Source: an uncultured Spirochaetota bacterium (lineage in GTDB: Bacteria; Spirochaetota; Spirochaetia; SZUA-6; Fen-1364). Taken from it: 58,184 bases of DNA. The position numbers and the translations under genes are program-made. The stretch lies in assembly GCA_963745235.1 (NCBI GenBank), contig CAVUXE010000018.1, positions 1 through 58,184 on the forward strand. The letters run 5' to 3'. The stretch's first letter is position 1. Each line of letters starts with the position of its first letter. Of this stretch, positions 18,897 to 28,468 are shown one piece after another. Below the pieces are notes generated by a model. It saw only the letters and a program-made list of their open reading frames with translations, was not told where the DNA came from and made no database searches.

Positions 18897-20096
18897 TTAC
18901 GGAGTTTTCACCGCAGCGGCAAAGCGCTCGCCAAGCTCCTCTCCCTGGCGGAGCTGGTCCGCCGTCGGGCTGCCGCGGAACTCGAGCATCTCAGTCACAT
19001 CCCACTTCAACGGTTCCACGAGCTTTCGGAACGCCGCCATACCGCCCTTGCTCCAGCCATAGCTGCCGAAGATGGCGGCCTTCTTGTTCACCACCCTCTT
19101 GAGAGCCGCCATGTCGATGGCCTGCGCGACCGGGGGAAAGAGCGTGCCCTCATAGGTTGGAGCGCCAACCATCACCCCGCGGTACGTCCACAGCGCGGGA
19201 AGAATGTAGCTGGGGTGAACCCGCGCGGCGTCGAATATCTCCACGGGCAGCCCGGCCCGGGAGATCCCCTGCGCCACCGCATTCATCATCTTCTCCGTGT
19301 TGCCGTACATGGAGCCGTAGACCAGCGTGACCCCCTTTTCCCCGCCGCCCTGCGCGAGCTGCGCCCACTGGCGGTAGAGCTCAACGATCCTGCCGGGGTC
19401 GCGTCGCCACACCAGGCCGTGCGACGGCGCGATAACCTCGATGGGGGTGCCAGCGAGCTTCTCGATTGCCTTCAGCGTTGGCGCGCTGAACTTGGCGACG
19501 ATGTTCACGTAGTAGCGCAAGGCTTCCCGCTCGTAGAACACCAGGTCAGAGCACTGGTCATCGAAGATCGTCCCCGGGAGGGCCCCGTACCCGCCGAATG
19601 CGTCGCAGGAGAACAGGATTCGGTCCGTCACGTCGTAGGTGACCATGGTCTCGGGCCAGTGAACGAAAGGCGCATGGACGAACTTCAGCGTCCGCTTTCC
19701 GATGGACAGCTCCTCACCGTCTGAGACCACGCGCACGTTTTCGGTGATCCCGTAGAAGGCAGCCAGCATCTCTTTGGCCTTTTCCGTGGCCAGGATGGTG
19801 AGCTTGCGAGGGATGCGGATCAGGGCGCGGATCGCCCCCGTGTGATCCGGCTCCATGTGGTTCACCACGATGTAGTCGATCTCTGACAGGGGCACGAGGG
19901 CGTCGATGCACTCGAAGTATTCGTCGGTCTTGAAGCCCTTGGCAAGGTCGATGATGACCTTCTTCTCATCCCGCAGGAGGTACGAGTTGTACGTGACTCC
20001 CTCGTGGCTGACGGGCCAGATCCCTTCGAACAGGTCCGTGGTCCTGTCGTTCAGCCCGATCCAGTAGACCTCCGGGCGTATTTCCACTGACGGCAT
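18897..20096 (-). CDS. fprA: Flavodiiron protein (A-type flavoprotein)
   Basis: NHMEPDH, HWPE, SCDAFG, PSHG and flavodoxin YGSMYGNT / FGSYGWS. Confidence 0.95.
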   Translation of the reverse strand: MPSVEIRPEVYWIGLNDRTTDLFEGIWPVSHEGVTYNSYLLRDEKKVIIDLAKGFKTDEYFECIDALVPLSEIDYIVVNHMEPDHTGAIRALIRIPRKLTILATEKAKEMLAAFYGITENVRVVSDGEELSIGKRTLKFVHAPFVHWPETMVTYDVTDRILFSCDAFGGYGALPGTIFDDQCSDLVFYEREALRYYVNIVAKFSAPTLKAIEKLAGTPIEVIAPSHGLVWRRDPGRIVELYRQWAQLAQGGGEKGVTLVYGSMYGNTEKMMNAVAQGISRAGLPVEIFDAARVHPSYILPALWTYRGVMVGAPTYEGTLFPPVAQAIDMAALKRVVNKKAAIFGSYGWSKGGMAAFRKLVEPLKWDVTEMLEFRGSPTADQLRQGEELGERFAAAVKTP

Positions 20097-20169
20097 GGCG
20101 TGTCTCCTCCTCGACTGGAGCTTCTTCTGCGATGGGGGCCGAGGGCTCGCCCGGCCCAGGCGTCCCTGA

Positions 20170-21756
20170 CTAGGGTGTAACCATTGCGATGCCCGAGGGG
20201 GCTCGGAATGGCTTGAACTTCAGGAACTTGAAGGGGTGGATGTCCAACGGATTCGGGAACCATCCATCCACGTGGTCGAGGTTGATCAAGTGGACGGCCG
20301 CCTGGTGATAGAGGGGCAGGACTGCCGCCTTGGAAAGGAGGATTTCCTCCGCGTCCGCCAGCCGCCGGTAGCGCTTGGCGTTGTCCGTCATGGAGGTGGA
20401 CTCGTCCACCGCCGCGTCGTAGTCCTTGTCCGAAAAGTGTGCGTCGTTGAGGTTGCTGCCGCTCGTCCAGAGCTGGAGAAACGTCAGGGGGTCCGCGTAG
20501 TCCCCGATCCAGGTCGAGATCCCCATGGTGAAATCCTGGACGCGCGTCTGGGCGAAGTAGGAATCAGGGTCAACCTGGCGGATCTCCACGTTCAACCCGA
20601 TGAGCGTCTTCCACGCATCCGCCATCTTCTGGATCATTCCAACTGCCGCGGAGTCTTTTGCCACCTTGGCGACCAGGGTCGGGAGACCCTTGCCGTCGGG
20701 GAAGCCGGCATCCGCCAGGAGCTTCTTGCCCTCATCTATCTGCTGATCCGGGATTCCCTTCACGTCTGGGTAACCGCTGATGGAAGGCACGAGGTCAGGC
20801 GAGGGAAAAATGTAGTCGCTGGTGCGGACCTTGTCCCAGGGCACCAGGAGCGCGATCCCGCGGCGCACTCTCCAATCGTTCCATGGCGGCTTGTCGCTGA
20901 CGAGATAGAAATACGTTGTTCCGAACATGGGGAAGGCTTCAATACGGTCGGTGGCCTCCAGCTTGTCCGACTGGATGAGGGTGGACCACGTGATCCTGCC
21001 GGTGATGTACCCGTCCGTAGCCTCTCCGGCATCATCCATGAAGCGGATACGGATCCGGTCAAGGCCGAGGTTTGCCGCGTCCCAGTAGCGGGGGTTCTTG
21101 TCCAGGAGTATTTCCTGGTCTGTCCGGTTCGTGATGGTGAATGGTCCGTTGCCGATCACGGTGCGCGAGTCATTCCAGTCCTTCTGCTTCAGGAGCACCG
21201 GGTCAATGGGAAGGAAGCTGATATGGGAGAGCATCTTCAGGAAATGCGGCGCCGGCTTGTCCAGGTCCACTTCCAGCTCCTTGTCGGAGACGGCCTTGAT
21301 CCCCACCTGGGACGGGTCCTTCAGCTTGCCCATCCTGAAATCCCGGGCCCCTTTGATGACGTCGAAGAGGAAGGAATACTCTGCCTTCAGGGAAGGGTCT
21401 ATCATGCGCATCCAGGACGCCACGAAATCCTGCGCGCGCACCGGATCCCCGTTGGAATACTGCGCGTCGGGGCGAAGCGTGAACGTGTAGGTCTTCCCGT
21501 CATTGCTCACGTCCCAGGCGGAAGCCACCCCCGGCGTAGGCTCCAGGGTCTGGGGGTCGGGCACCACGAGGCCCTCGTAGATCGCGGTGAAGAACTGAGA
21601 CTCCATGGAGGTGAAGGTGTGAAGCGGGTCGAGATTCACCTTCTGCGGGCTGTATGCGACAACCAGCTCACGAAGCGGCGGCCCTGATTTGTCCGAGGTA
21701 GCAGAAAATGCGAGCGGCGCAACAAGAAACAGGAGAAGGGTAAATCTCATCCGCAT
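20170..21756 (-). CDS. oppA: Oligopeptide ABC transporter substrate-binding protein (family 5)
   Basis: IYEGLV, WDVSNDGKTYTFTLR, GNGPF, WIGDYADPLTFL; start codon uncertain. Confidence 0.88.
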   Translation of the reverse strand: MRMRFTLLLFLVAPLAFSATSDKSGPPLRELVVAYSPQKVNLDPLHTFTSMESQFFTAIYEGLVVPDPQTLEPTPGVASAWDVSNDGKTYTFTLRPDAQYSNGDPVRAQDFVASWMRMIDPSLKAEYSFLFDVIKGARDFRMGKLKDPSQVGIKAVSDKELEVDLDKPAPHFLKMLSHISFLPIDPVLLKQKDWNDSRTVIGNGPFTITNRTDQEILLDKNPRYWDAANLGLDRIRIRFMDDAGEATDGYITGRITWSTLIQSDKLEATDRIEAFPMFGTTYFYLVSDKPPWNDWRVRRGIALLVPWDKVRTSDYIFPSPDLVPSISGYPDVKGIPDQQIDEGKKLLADAGFPDGKGLPTLVAKVAKDSAAVGMIQKMADAWKTLIGLNVEIRQVDPDSYFAQTRVQDFTMGISTWIGDYADPLTFLQLWTSGSNLNDAHFSDKDYDAAVDESTSMTDNAKRYRRLADAEEILLSKAAVLPLYHQAAVHLINLDHVDGWFPNPLDIHPFKFLKFKPFRAPSGIAMVTP

Positions 21757-21778
21757 GGAGAGAAGATAGTCTTTCCGA

Positions 21779-22444
21779 TCAGAAAATTCTATAGGGAACG
21801 ACATTCCGGACCATGATCTTCACCTTGGCGGTGGTCCGGTACACGCCTGAGCGCACACGGGACTCCGGATCCTCCCAGAGAACGACGTCTCCGATGATCT
21901 GCCGAGGCGCATCGATGTACGTCCCGTGCAGCAAGTTTCGGATTGCATCCCTGACGGCGTCCTGAAAGGAGAGGCCCTTCGCCTCGGGACCCTTCATCAC
22001 GCTCGCCTTCCCCTCCCCCTGGGAAAGAGCCGCCGTGCTGCTCTCCCAGGAAGCGCGGCGGGCCGCTTCCGCCTCGTCCATGGTGTATGACGCTCGAGCC
22101 CAGAGCTTCTGGTCCACTGTCTCAGTCTCAACCACTTTGAGCCGCGCGTTTCCCCACTGGATCTGGGCAATCGGGGTGAGCGTGAAGCTTTCCGTCACTC
22201 CGCGGGCGCTGTTCGCGGGGGTGTAGTCGAAAGACCAGCCGTACACCATGCCGGAGAGAAGGACCCGGGCCTCTTCCAGCAGCGTGCGTTCGGCTTTTTC
22301 AACGGGAATGGGATACTGGCCCCCTTCGATGCGGACCAGGGGCTCCAGCTCCACCCAGGGCCGGACAAAGAGCCGGTTGTCGGTCTGTCCCCACGTGGGC
22401 AAAGCCGCCAGGAGAAGAATCAGGCATGCAGGGTTTGCTCGCAT
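21779..22444 (-). CDS. Conserved hypothetical exported protein
   Basis: 221-aa ORF with signal-like N-terminus, packed between the rhomboid and oppA genes. Confidence 0.7.
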   Translation of the reverse strand: MRANPACLILLLAALPTWGQTDNRLFVRPWVELEPLVRIEGGQYPIPVEKAERTLLEEARVLLSGMVYGWSFDYTPANSARGVTESFTLTPIAQIQWGNARLKVVETETVDQKLWARASYTMDEAEAARRASWESSTAALSQGEGKASVMKGPEAKGLSFQDAVRDAIRNLLHGTYIDAPRQIIGDVVLWEDPESRVRSGVYRTTAKVKIMVRNVVPYRIF

Positions 22445-22467
22445 CCCTTTGTCTAGAGTATCGGGCT

Positions 22468-23103
22468 CTAGCGCCTTCGAAAAAAGACAGTAATTGGATT
22501 GATGCCGAATCGAACAACGAGGTACAAGTACGCAAAGAGGATGCCCGCCAGATGCGTGAGGTGCGCGACACCGGACATCGTGTTTGTCACCAGAAAAATC
22601 ACCTCGAGACCGGTGAAGACCAGGACCGCAAACGGCGCGCGCATAGGGATGACAAAGAAAAAGAGAATCCTCGCGTCAGGGAAGAAGGAGGCAAACCCAA
22701 GCAGGAGGCCGAAGATGGCCCCTGACGCTCCGACCACGGGCACCATACCCATGCCCGCGGAGGAGTTGATAAAAACAGTGGCAAGTCCGGCCCCGATGCC
22801 GCAGAAGAAATAGAAAAGAAGGAACTCGGTGCTCCCCATGCGCTGTTCGAGCTGAATCCCGAACATGAACAGCGCAAGCATGTTCCAGAAGATATGCCAG
22901 AAACCCGCGTGAACGAACATGTAGGTGACGACCTGCCACCACGCCCCTGCGTGCAGGACGAGGTCGGGATACAGAGCGAGGTAGCCGATGCGTCCCTGAC
23001 GATCGACATAGCGAAAGAAGAACACGAGCACGTTCACGACGATGAGGATGATCGTGGCGTTGTAGTACGAGTATCTCAACGGACGGCGCAGGAAGCTGGC
23101 CAT
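22468..23103 (-). CDS. Rhomboid intramembrane serine protease
   Basis: WQVVTYMFVH, HIFWNM, GASG, AHLTHLAG. Confidence 0.93.
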   Translation of the reverse strand: MASFLRRPLRYSYYNATIILIVVNVLVFFFRYVDRQGRIGYLALYPDLVLHAGAWWQVVTYMFVHAGFWHIFWNMLALFMFGIQLEQRMGSTEFLLFYFFCGIGAGLATVFINSSAGMGMVPVVGASGAIFGLLLGFASFFPDARILFFFVIPMRAPFAVLVFTGLEVIFLVTNTMSGVAHLTHLAGILFAYLYLVVRFGINPITVFFRRR

Positions 23104-23181
23104 GGAACCAAAGTACGCCCCGGGCTGAAGCGAGTCAATGCACTGTTGAACCGGCCGCGTCCGTCTGCTACCTTCCCTCCG

Positions 23182-23811
23182 ATGAAGGGAAAACCCGACT
23201 ACTACTGGAAGAAATCAAAGCAGGAAGGCTATCCGGCGCGTTCAGTCTTCAAGCTCCAGGAAATTCAGGAAAAACACCGGATCCTGAGCCCGGGCACTCG
23301 TGTCCTGGATCTCGGCGCATCGCCGGGCAGCTGGAGCCTTTTCATCCTGGACATGCTCGCGGGCAACGGAGAGGTCACCGGCATTGACCTGAAGGCGCCT
23401 GACCGCAAGCTTCTTTCACGGAAGAACTTCCGTTTCATCCAGGGAGATTTTACGGCCCGGGAAGTCCTGGACCGGATCCGGGAGGCTGCTCCGTTCGACT
23501 GCGTGGTGTCAGACGCCGCCCCTTCCACCACAGGGAACCGGACCCTGGACACGGAAAGGTCGCTGGAGATTGCCAGGCACGTGCTCGACATCTGCCAGGG
23601 CGCGCTTGCCTCCGGAGGGAACTGCGTCCTGAAGATCTTCCAGGGAGGGGGAGAGAAAGAAATCCTTGATCGGATGCGCATCATGTTCGACTTTTCACGC
23701 GCATTCAAGCCGAAGGCGAGCCGGTCCGACTCCATGGAGACCTATTACATCGCCACAGGATTCAAAGGGCCGGGGCCGCTGCCTACAAGCAGGCAATCCG
23801 GGTCGTGCTGA
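23182..23811 (+). CDS. rlmE: 23S rRNA Um2552 methyltransferase (FtsJ)
   Basis: GYPARSVFKL, LDLGASPGSW, SDAAP, KPKASRSDSME. Confidence 0.93.
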   Translation: MKGKPDYYWKKSKQEGYPARSVFKLQEIQEKHRILSPGTRVLDLGASPGSWSLFILDMLAGNGEVTGIDLKAPDRKLLSRKNFRFIQGDFTAREVLDRIREAAPFDCVVSDAAPSTTGNRTLDTERSLEIARHVLDICQGALASGGNCVLKIFQGGGEKEILDRMRIMFDFSRAFKPKASRSDSMETYYIATGFKGPGPLPTSRQSGSC

Positions 23812-24931
23812 GCCGGGCCAGGTTCTCCGCGCTCACGGTGTAACCGAGGCCCTGCCCTCTGATCACGGGCGCCTTGCCGTTCCCCCCGAACCCCATGCTC
23901 CGGGTGGTGATGTTTTCCGTGAGCAGAATATCGTCGTAGGATCCCTCGAGGTACAAGGGGTCGGGAAGAAGAGCGGCCGCCGCGCGTCCGAGGGCGGAGA
24001 GAATCCCCGTCTCTCCCACCATGCACCCCAGCTGGTAGGAGAGGCCGCGTTTCCGAGCCTCCTCACCCAATGCAAGAACTCTCGAGAGGCCTCCGTTCTT
24101 GGAGAGCCTGAGGTTCACGGCAGAGTACGTCCCCGCCTCCGCGAAGGACCGGATGTCCTCCGCAGACAGGGCCCTCTCATCCGCCATGATCATGAAGCCG
24201 TCGGCGCGCGCCTTTCGGATGCATTCCCCGGCGCCCGCGTCGGAGTCATTGAAAGGCTGCTCGACCACTGTCACTGCGTGGCTGCGGCACACATCGAAAA
24301 GTCCTTCCGCGTCCTTCACCGCCCACGAAGAGTTGGCGTCCACGCGGATGTCGAACGACTCTCCCAGGACCCGGCGGCAGAGACCCAGGATGGCGGAGTC
24401 GAAATCCGGATCTCCGTTCAGCTTCACTTTTATGTCGTGAAGACCGAGCTCCCGGCAGAACCCGAGGTACTTCTCAGCCTCTTGCAGCGGGAAAAAGGGA
24501 AGAACGCCGCCGTAGGAGACAGTCTGTCGCACCGGCGCTCTCCCGATGAGCGAATAGATTTCCACGCCCGTCCATTTGCAGGCCAGGTCCAAGAGAGCCG
24601 TCTCAACCGCGCATAGGAAAGGAAGCTCACGGCTGTCGCAGGAAAGCTCCGCAAGGGAACGGTCCGCCTCGGACCATGACAGGAACCTGTCCCCCAGAGG
24701 AGCCACAAGACGTGAAACCACGCGCGCGGCCTCCCGCTGCAGATCCACTCCCGCCCCGAGTGAGCCCGAGACATAGTCCCGGACGACAGCCTCCCCGTAG
24801 CCGTCCATGTCCGCCGAATGGAGCCTGACGATGAATGAGTCAGAGAAGGTCCGGTCCGCCCTGGCGCCGTGCGAAAAGCTGAAGCGGAGGGGGATCTTCA
24901 GAAAGAACAGCTCGCACGATTCGATTTTCAT
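23783..24931 (-). CDS. Enolase-superfamily protein (muconate lactonizing enzyme/dipeptide epimerase-like subgroup)
   Basis: GYGEA, KVK, RVDAN, EQP, MADE, LSKNGG, GCMVGE. Confidence 0.85.
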   Translation of the reverse strand: MKIESCELFFLKIPLRFSFSHGARADRTFSDSFIVRLHSADMDGYGEAVVRDYVSGSLGAGVDLQREAARVVSRLVAPLGDRFLSWSEADRSLAELSCDSRELPFLCAVETALLDLACKWTGVEIYSLIGRAPVRQTVSYGGVLPFFPLQEAEKYLGFCRELGLHDIKVKLNGDPDFDSAILGLCRRVLGESFDIRVDANSSWAVKDAEGLFDVCRSHAVTVVEQPFNDSDAGAGECIRKARADGFMIMADERALSAEDIRSFAEAGTYSAVNLRLSKNGGLSRVLALGEEARKRGLSYQLGCMVGETGILSALGRAAAALLPDPLYLEGSYDDILLTENITTRSMGFGGNGKAPVIRGQGLGYTVSAENLARLSTTRIACL

Positions 24932-25012
24932 TACGCTTTCAACCATGGCAGGCCCCATGCTAACGCTGGAAAGACGGGATGCGCAAGCTCCCCGCGCTCC
25001 CCGCACTTTGCG

Positions 25013-25041
25013 TTGACAGCCGGCATTTTCGGGTCTATCCT
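25013..25041 (+). promoter_or_regulatory. Sigma70 promoter for the HD-GYP gene
   Basis: TTGACA-N17-TATCCT. Confidence 0.6.
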
Positions 25042-25190
25042 GACAGAGAGAACGCCTCGCCCCGCTCATTCAAGCGTAAACAGTGACAGACAGTCTTGGC
25101 GCTCCGAGTGAGGAAAAAAGCATTAGAATGTCCTTTGTAAATGGTCGAGAGAAGGTGTTGCACGATGATTTTGGATGACGAGGATGATTC

Positions 25191-27035
25191 GTGGTGGAAG
25201 AACGCAACAACGTAAGCTGCTTGAACAGCAGAGCCATCATCGAATACATCAGGCGAAGGCATCCAGGTCGTCTCGCCGAGTTGTACCAGGGGCTGCCGGC
25301 GCCCTGGTGTGACACGCCCAACCTGGAGGTCTACCTTTCCGATGAGAACAACTGGATCCCCAGCTCCCTGGTCGTCAGGCTTTTCGAGCGCGCCAGGGAG
25401 ATCACATCGGACCCGGACGTTGCCTTCCAGATCGGCTTCGACTCGATTGTAAACCGGGAGTTCAGCTACTTCCAGCTGATCTTCATCAGGTTTCTTTCCT
25501 CTCCCCGCGGCATGCTTCGCAAGCTGAACCAGCTGAACTCGAAGCTCAACAGCACCAAGATCGTTGAGCTCATCTATGACACGCCCGGGCACGCCGTCAT
25601 TCGCTGGCACTGGCGTGACGGCATCATTTCGTCGAAGGATGTCTGTTCCTACAACCGCGGCATCTACAGCGCAATCCCCACCATCCACGGGCTGCCGGCG
25701 GCGCAGGTGACGGAAAATCATTGCGGCTTCGAGGGAGATCCTTACTGCGAGGTCGTCATCTCGTGGGGACGGGGTTTCGGCAGGCTTCGCGGCCTCTTTT
25801 CACAGCTCTTCATCCGCAAGTCGTCCCTCCTGGAAGCCCTGGAGGAGATCGAGCGAGACAAGGTCCTCTTGCGGAAGAGGTTCGACGAGCTGACGGTCGT
25901 GAACGCGGAGCTGAGCCGCCGCGTGACGGTTCTCAAGGCCATCAACAGCGCGACGCGTGCCCTCGTTTCTGTCTCCGATACGCGGCAGGTGCTCCAGCAG
26001 ACCATGCGGCCCATTGTCGAGGTGCTCGGGTTCGACCGCGCCATCATCATGCTCGTGGACGAGAAGCGGGAGTTCCTGGAATACAGGTACGCGGAGGGCG
26101 AATCGGTAGAATTGCTGGACAGGATGAAGGACTACCGGATTCCCCTGACGAGGGAGCAGAACCTGATGATCCGCGTCCTGAAAAAGAAACGGCCCGTGCT
26201 GGTCAGGGATGTCAAGGCCGCAGGGTTGAACCCTGCCAACCGGATCCTCGCGGACTTTGGGCCGAGCTCCTTCATCGTGTGCCCCCTCATCACGGAGGAA
26301 GACGTGATCGGCATTCTTGCGGCGGACCGCAAGACCGGCCAGAAGCCCCTTACCTCGGTGGATACGGAGTTCCTGACCATCTTCGCCAACAACATCGCGA
26401 CCGTCTTCCATCGCGCCAGTCTCGACGAGCAGCTGAAGAAAAGCTACGTGAGCTCCGTCATGGCGCTGGTGCAGGCGATTGAGGAAAAGGACAAGTACAC
26501 CGCTGGACACTCGGAACGTGTGGCGAAGATCGTGGTGCGGGTGGCGCGGGAGCTCGGCATATCCGAGCACGACGTGGAGGACCTGTGGTTCGGCAGCATC
26601 CTCCACGATGTGGGCAAGATCGGGATCCCGGAGTCCATTGTGAAGAGTCGTAAGCCGCTGTCGGATTCCGAGTACAAGATCATCCAGGCGCATCCCCTCA
26701 AGGGCCTGGAAATCCTCCAGCACATCCCGTTCATCAGGAACCACATGTACCTCATCCGCAACCATCACGAGAGGTGGGACGGGACGGGGTACCCGGATGG
26801 GTTACGCGGTGATGAAATCCCGCTTGGAGCGCAGATTGTGGCCGTGGCGGACGCCTTCGACGCCATGAGGTCGTCGCGGCCTTATCGGAAGGGCCTCCCG
26901 CCCAAACAGGCCGCGCGGGAGATCAGGAAAGGCATTGGGACCCAGTTCTCGGGCAGCGTCGTGAACGCCTTCCTTTCCGTCTTTGAAAAGGACCCGGAGC
27001 TCCAAGGCACGGACGGAGCCCAAAAACACAATTAA
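25191..27035 (+). CDS. HD-GYP phosphodiesterase with N-terminal V4R/H-NOX-like sensor, coiled coil and GAF domain
   Basis: GHSERVA, LHDVGKIGI, HHERWDGTGYPDGL; GAF FIVCPL..VIGILAAD; N-terminal VCSYNRG...ENHCGFEGDPYCE Cys pattern. Confidence 0.9.
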   Translation: MVEERNNVSCLNSRAIIEYIRRRHPGRLAELYQGLPAPWCDTPNLEVYLSDENNWIPSSLVVRLFERAREITSDPDVAFQIGFDSIVNREFSYFQLIFIRFLSSPRGMLRKLNQLNSKLNSTKIVELIYDTPGHAVIRWHWRDGIISSKDVCSYNRGIYSAIPTIHGLPAAQVTENHCGFEGDPYCEVVISWGRGFGRLRGLFSQLFIRKSSLLEALEEIERDKVLLRKRFDELTVVNAELSRRVTVLKAINSATRALVSVSDTRQVLQQTMRPIVEVLGFDRAIIMLVDEKREFLEYRYAEGESVELLDRMKDYRIPLTREQNLMIRVLKKKRPVLVRDVKAAGLNPANRILADFGPSSFIVCPLITEEDVIGILAADRKTGQKPLTSVDTEFLTIFANNIATVFHRASLDEQLKKSYVSSVMALVQAIEEKDKYTAGHSERVAKIVVRVARELGISEHDVEDLWFGSILHDVGKIGIPESIVKSRKPLSDSEYKIIQAHPLKGLEILQHIPFIRNHMYLIRNHHERWDGTGYPDGLRGDEIPLGAQIVAVADAFDAMRSSRPYRKGLPPKQAAREIRKGIGTQFSGSVVNAFLSVFEKDPELQGTDGAQKHN

Positions 27036-27110
27036 CTAAAAAAAGACTTGCATCTCCATTCTTCCTGTGATGGAATTCATGCTGGCGAAGTTTCCATACA
27101 GGAGGTTTGT

Positions 27111-27995
27111 ATGAAGCTGAAGATTTCCCTCTTCTTTCAGTCTCCGTTCAACGTCTTCCTTTTTCGCCACATGAGCCCCCGGATCGCCCAGCGCTACCTG
27201 CACGGGATCGGTTTCCTCTACTACATGATGAACAGGAAGGAAAAGGGGATCATCGAGCGGAACGTCCGAGAGGTTCTCGCCGGCGAGGAGGAAGGGTACG
27301 TGAGGAAGGTGGTCCGGGAAACGTTCAAGGGCATCTTTACCCACTACTTCGAGAAGATGTTCGGGGCGTTCCTGGACTGCGACACGGTGAGCAGGTACGT
27401 GAAGACGCATTTCACGGTCCAGGGAGGTGAGCTCCTGGCCACGGCGCTCGACTCGGGCAAGGGATGCATCCTGGTGACGGCCCATTTCGGGGCGGTTGAG
27501 TTCATCCCGTGGGTCCTGTCCTGCGCGGGCTTCCCCTCCAGCGTCATCCTGGAATGTGCAACGACCCGGCTGGCCCGCAGCCTCCAGGCGAAGACCGGGC
27601 GCACGAACACGGAGCTGATCACCTCCGGGCACGGCGTGTCCATCTTCCTGCGCGCCATGCAGTCGCTCCAGGCCAACCGGGTCCTCATGACGGAATGCGA
27701 CGAGGTGGACGTGTGGAGAAAACGCAGGAGCCATACCATCCGGCTCCTGGGCAGGGAGCTCTATTTCGACAACACGATCGATGTGCTCTCTCACCGCTCA
27801 GGCGCGCCGGTGGTCGGCGCTTTCCTCAAGAGATCCGGGGCCGGCCGCTACACCCTGGTCCTGGAAGACGTCTCCGTGCTGCGCCAGCCGGAAAGCACCG
27901 CCCGCGAATGCCTGACCCTGTGGGAGAAGTATGTCAGGGACTACCCCGAACAATGGTACCAGTGGAAGAAGCTGGGAGCGATGGTTGCGGCATGA
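27111..27995 (+). CDS. Lysophospholipid / lipid A lauroyl (LpxL-like) acyltransferase family protein
   Basis: [15 protein letters not shown] and C-terminal YPEQWYQW; GGAGG RBS; possible own promoter TTGCAT-N17-TGGAAT at 27048-27076. Confidence 0.85.
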   Translation: MKLKISLFFQSPFNVFLFRHMSPRIAQRYLHGIGFLYYMMNRKEKGIIERNVREVLAGEEEGYVRKVVRETFKGIFTHYFEKMFGAFLDCDTVSRYVKTHFTVQGGELLATALDSGKGCILVTAHFGAVEFIPWVLSCAGFPSSVILECATTRLARSLQAKTGRTNTELITSGHGVSIFLRAMQSLQANRVLMTECDEVDVWRKRRSHTIRLLGRELYFDNTIDVLSHRSGAPVVGAFLKRSGAGRYTLVLEDVSVLRQPESTARECLTLWEKYVRDYPEQWYQWKKLGAMVAA

Positions 27996-28050
27996 TGCTG
28001 CGGCCCTGGCTGCCGTAGACCACGCCGCGCAAAACAGTGTACTTTCCGGC

Positions 28051-28464
28051 ATGAAGTTCCACACGGTGTATCTCACGTTCAACACCCGGAAAGAGCGGGA
28101 GTACGTCAATATCACGGACAAGGTGGAGGAGGCGGTCCGTGCCAGCGCATGCCAGGACGGCATGGCGCTCGTGTCGGCCATGCACATCACGGCAGGGGTG
28201 TACGTGAACGACGCTGAGCAGGGGCTGATCCAGGATATCGACGAATGGCTGGAGGGCCTTGCGCCCCGCAAGCCGGACTACCGCCACCATCGAACCGGGG
28301 AAAGCAACGGGGACAGTCACCTGAAGAACCTCCTGATCGGCCATGAGGTGATCCTTCCCATCACCGCGGGGAAGCTCGACCTGGGGCCCTGGCAGCAGGT
28401 CTACTACGCGGAGTTCGACGGCCGCAGGCCCAAGCGGGTCATCATCAAGGTCATGGGAGAATAG
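28051..28464 (+). CDS. yjbQ: YjbQ/UPF0047 family protein
   Basis: [28 protein letters not shown]. Confidence 0.9.
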   Translation: MKFHTVYLTFNTRKEREYVNITDKVEEAVRASACQDGMALVSAMHITAGVYVNDAEQGLIQDIDEWLEGLAPRKPDYRHHRTGESNGDSHLKNLLIGHEVILPITAGKLDLGPWQQVYYAEFDGRRPKRVIIKVMGE

Positions 28465-28468
28465 AACG

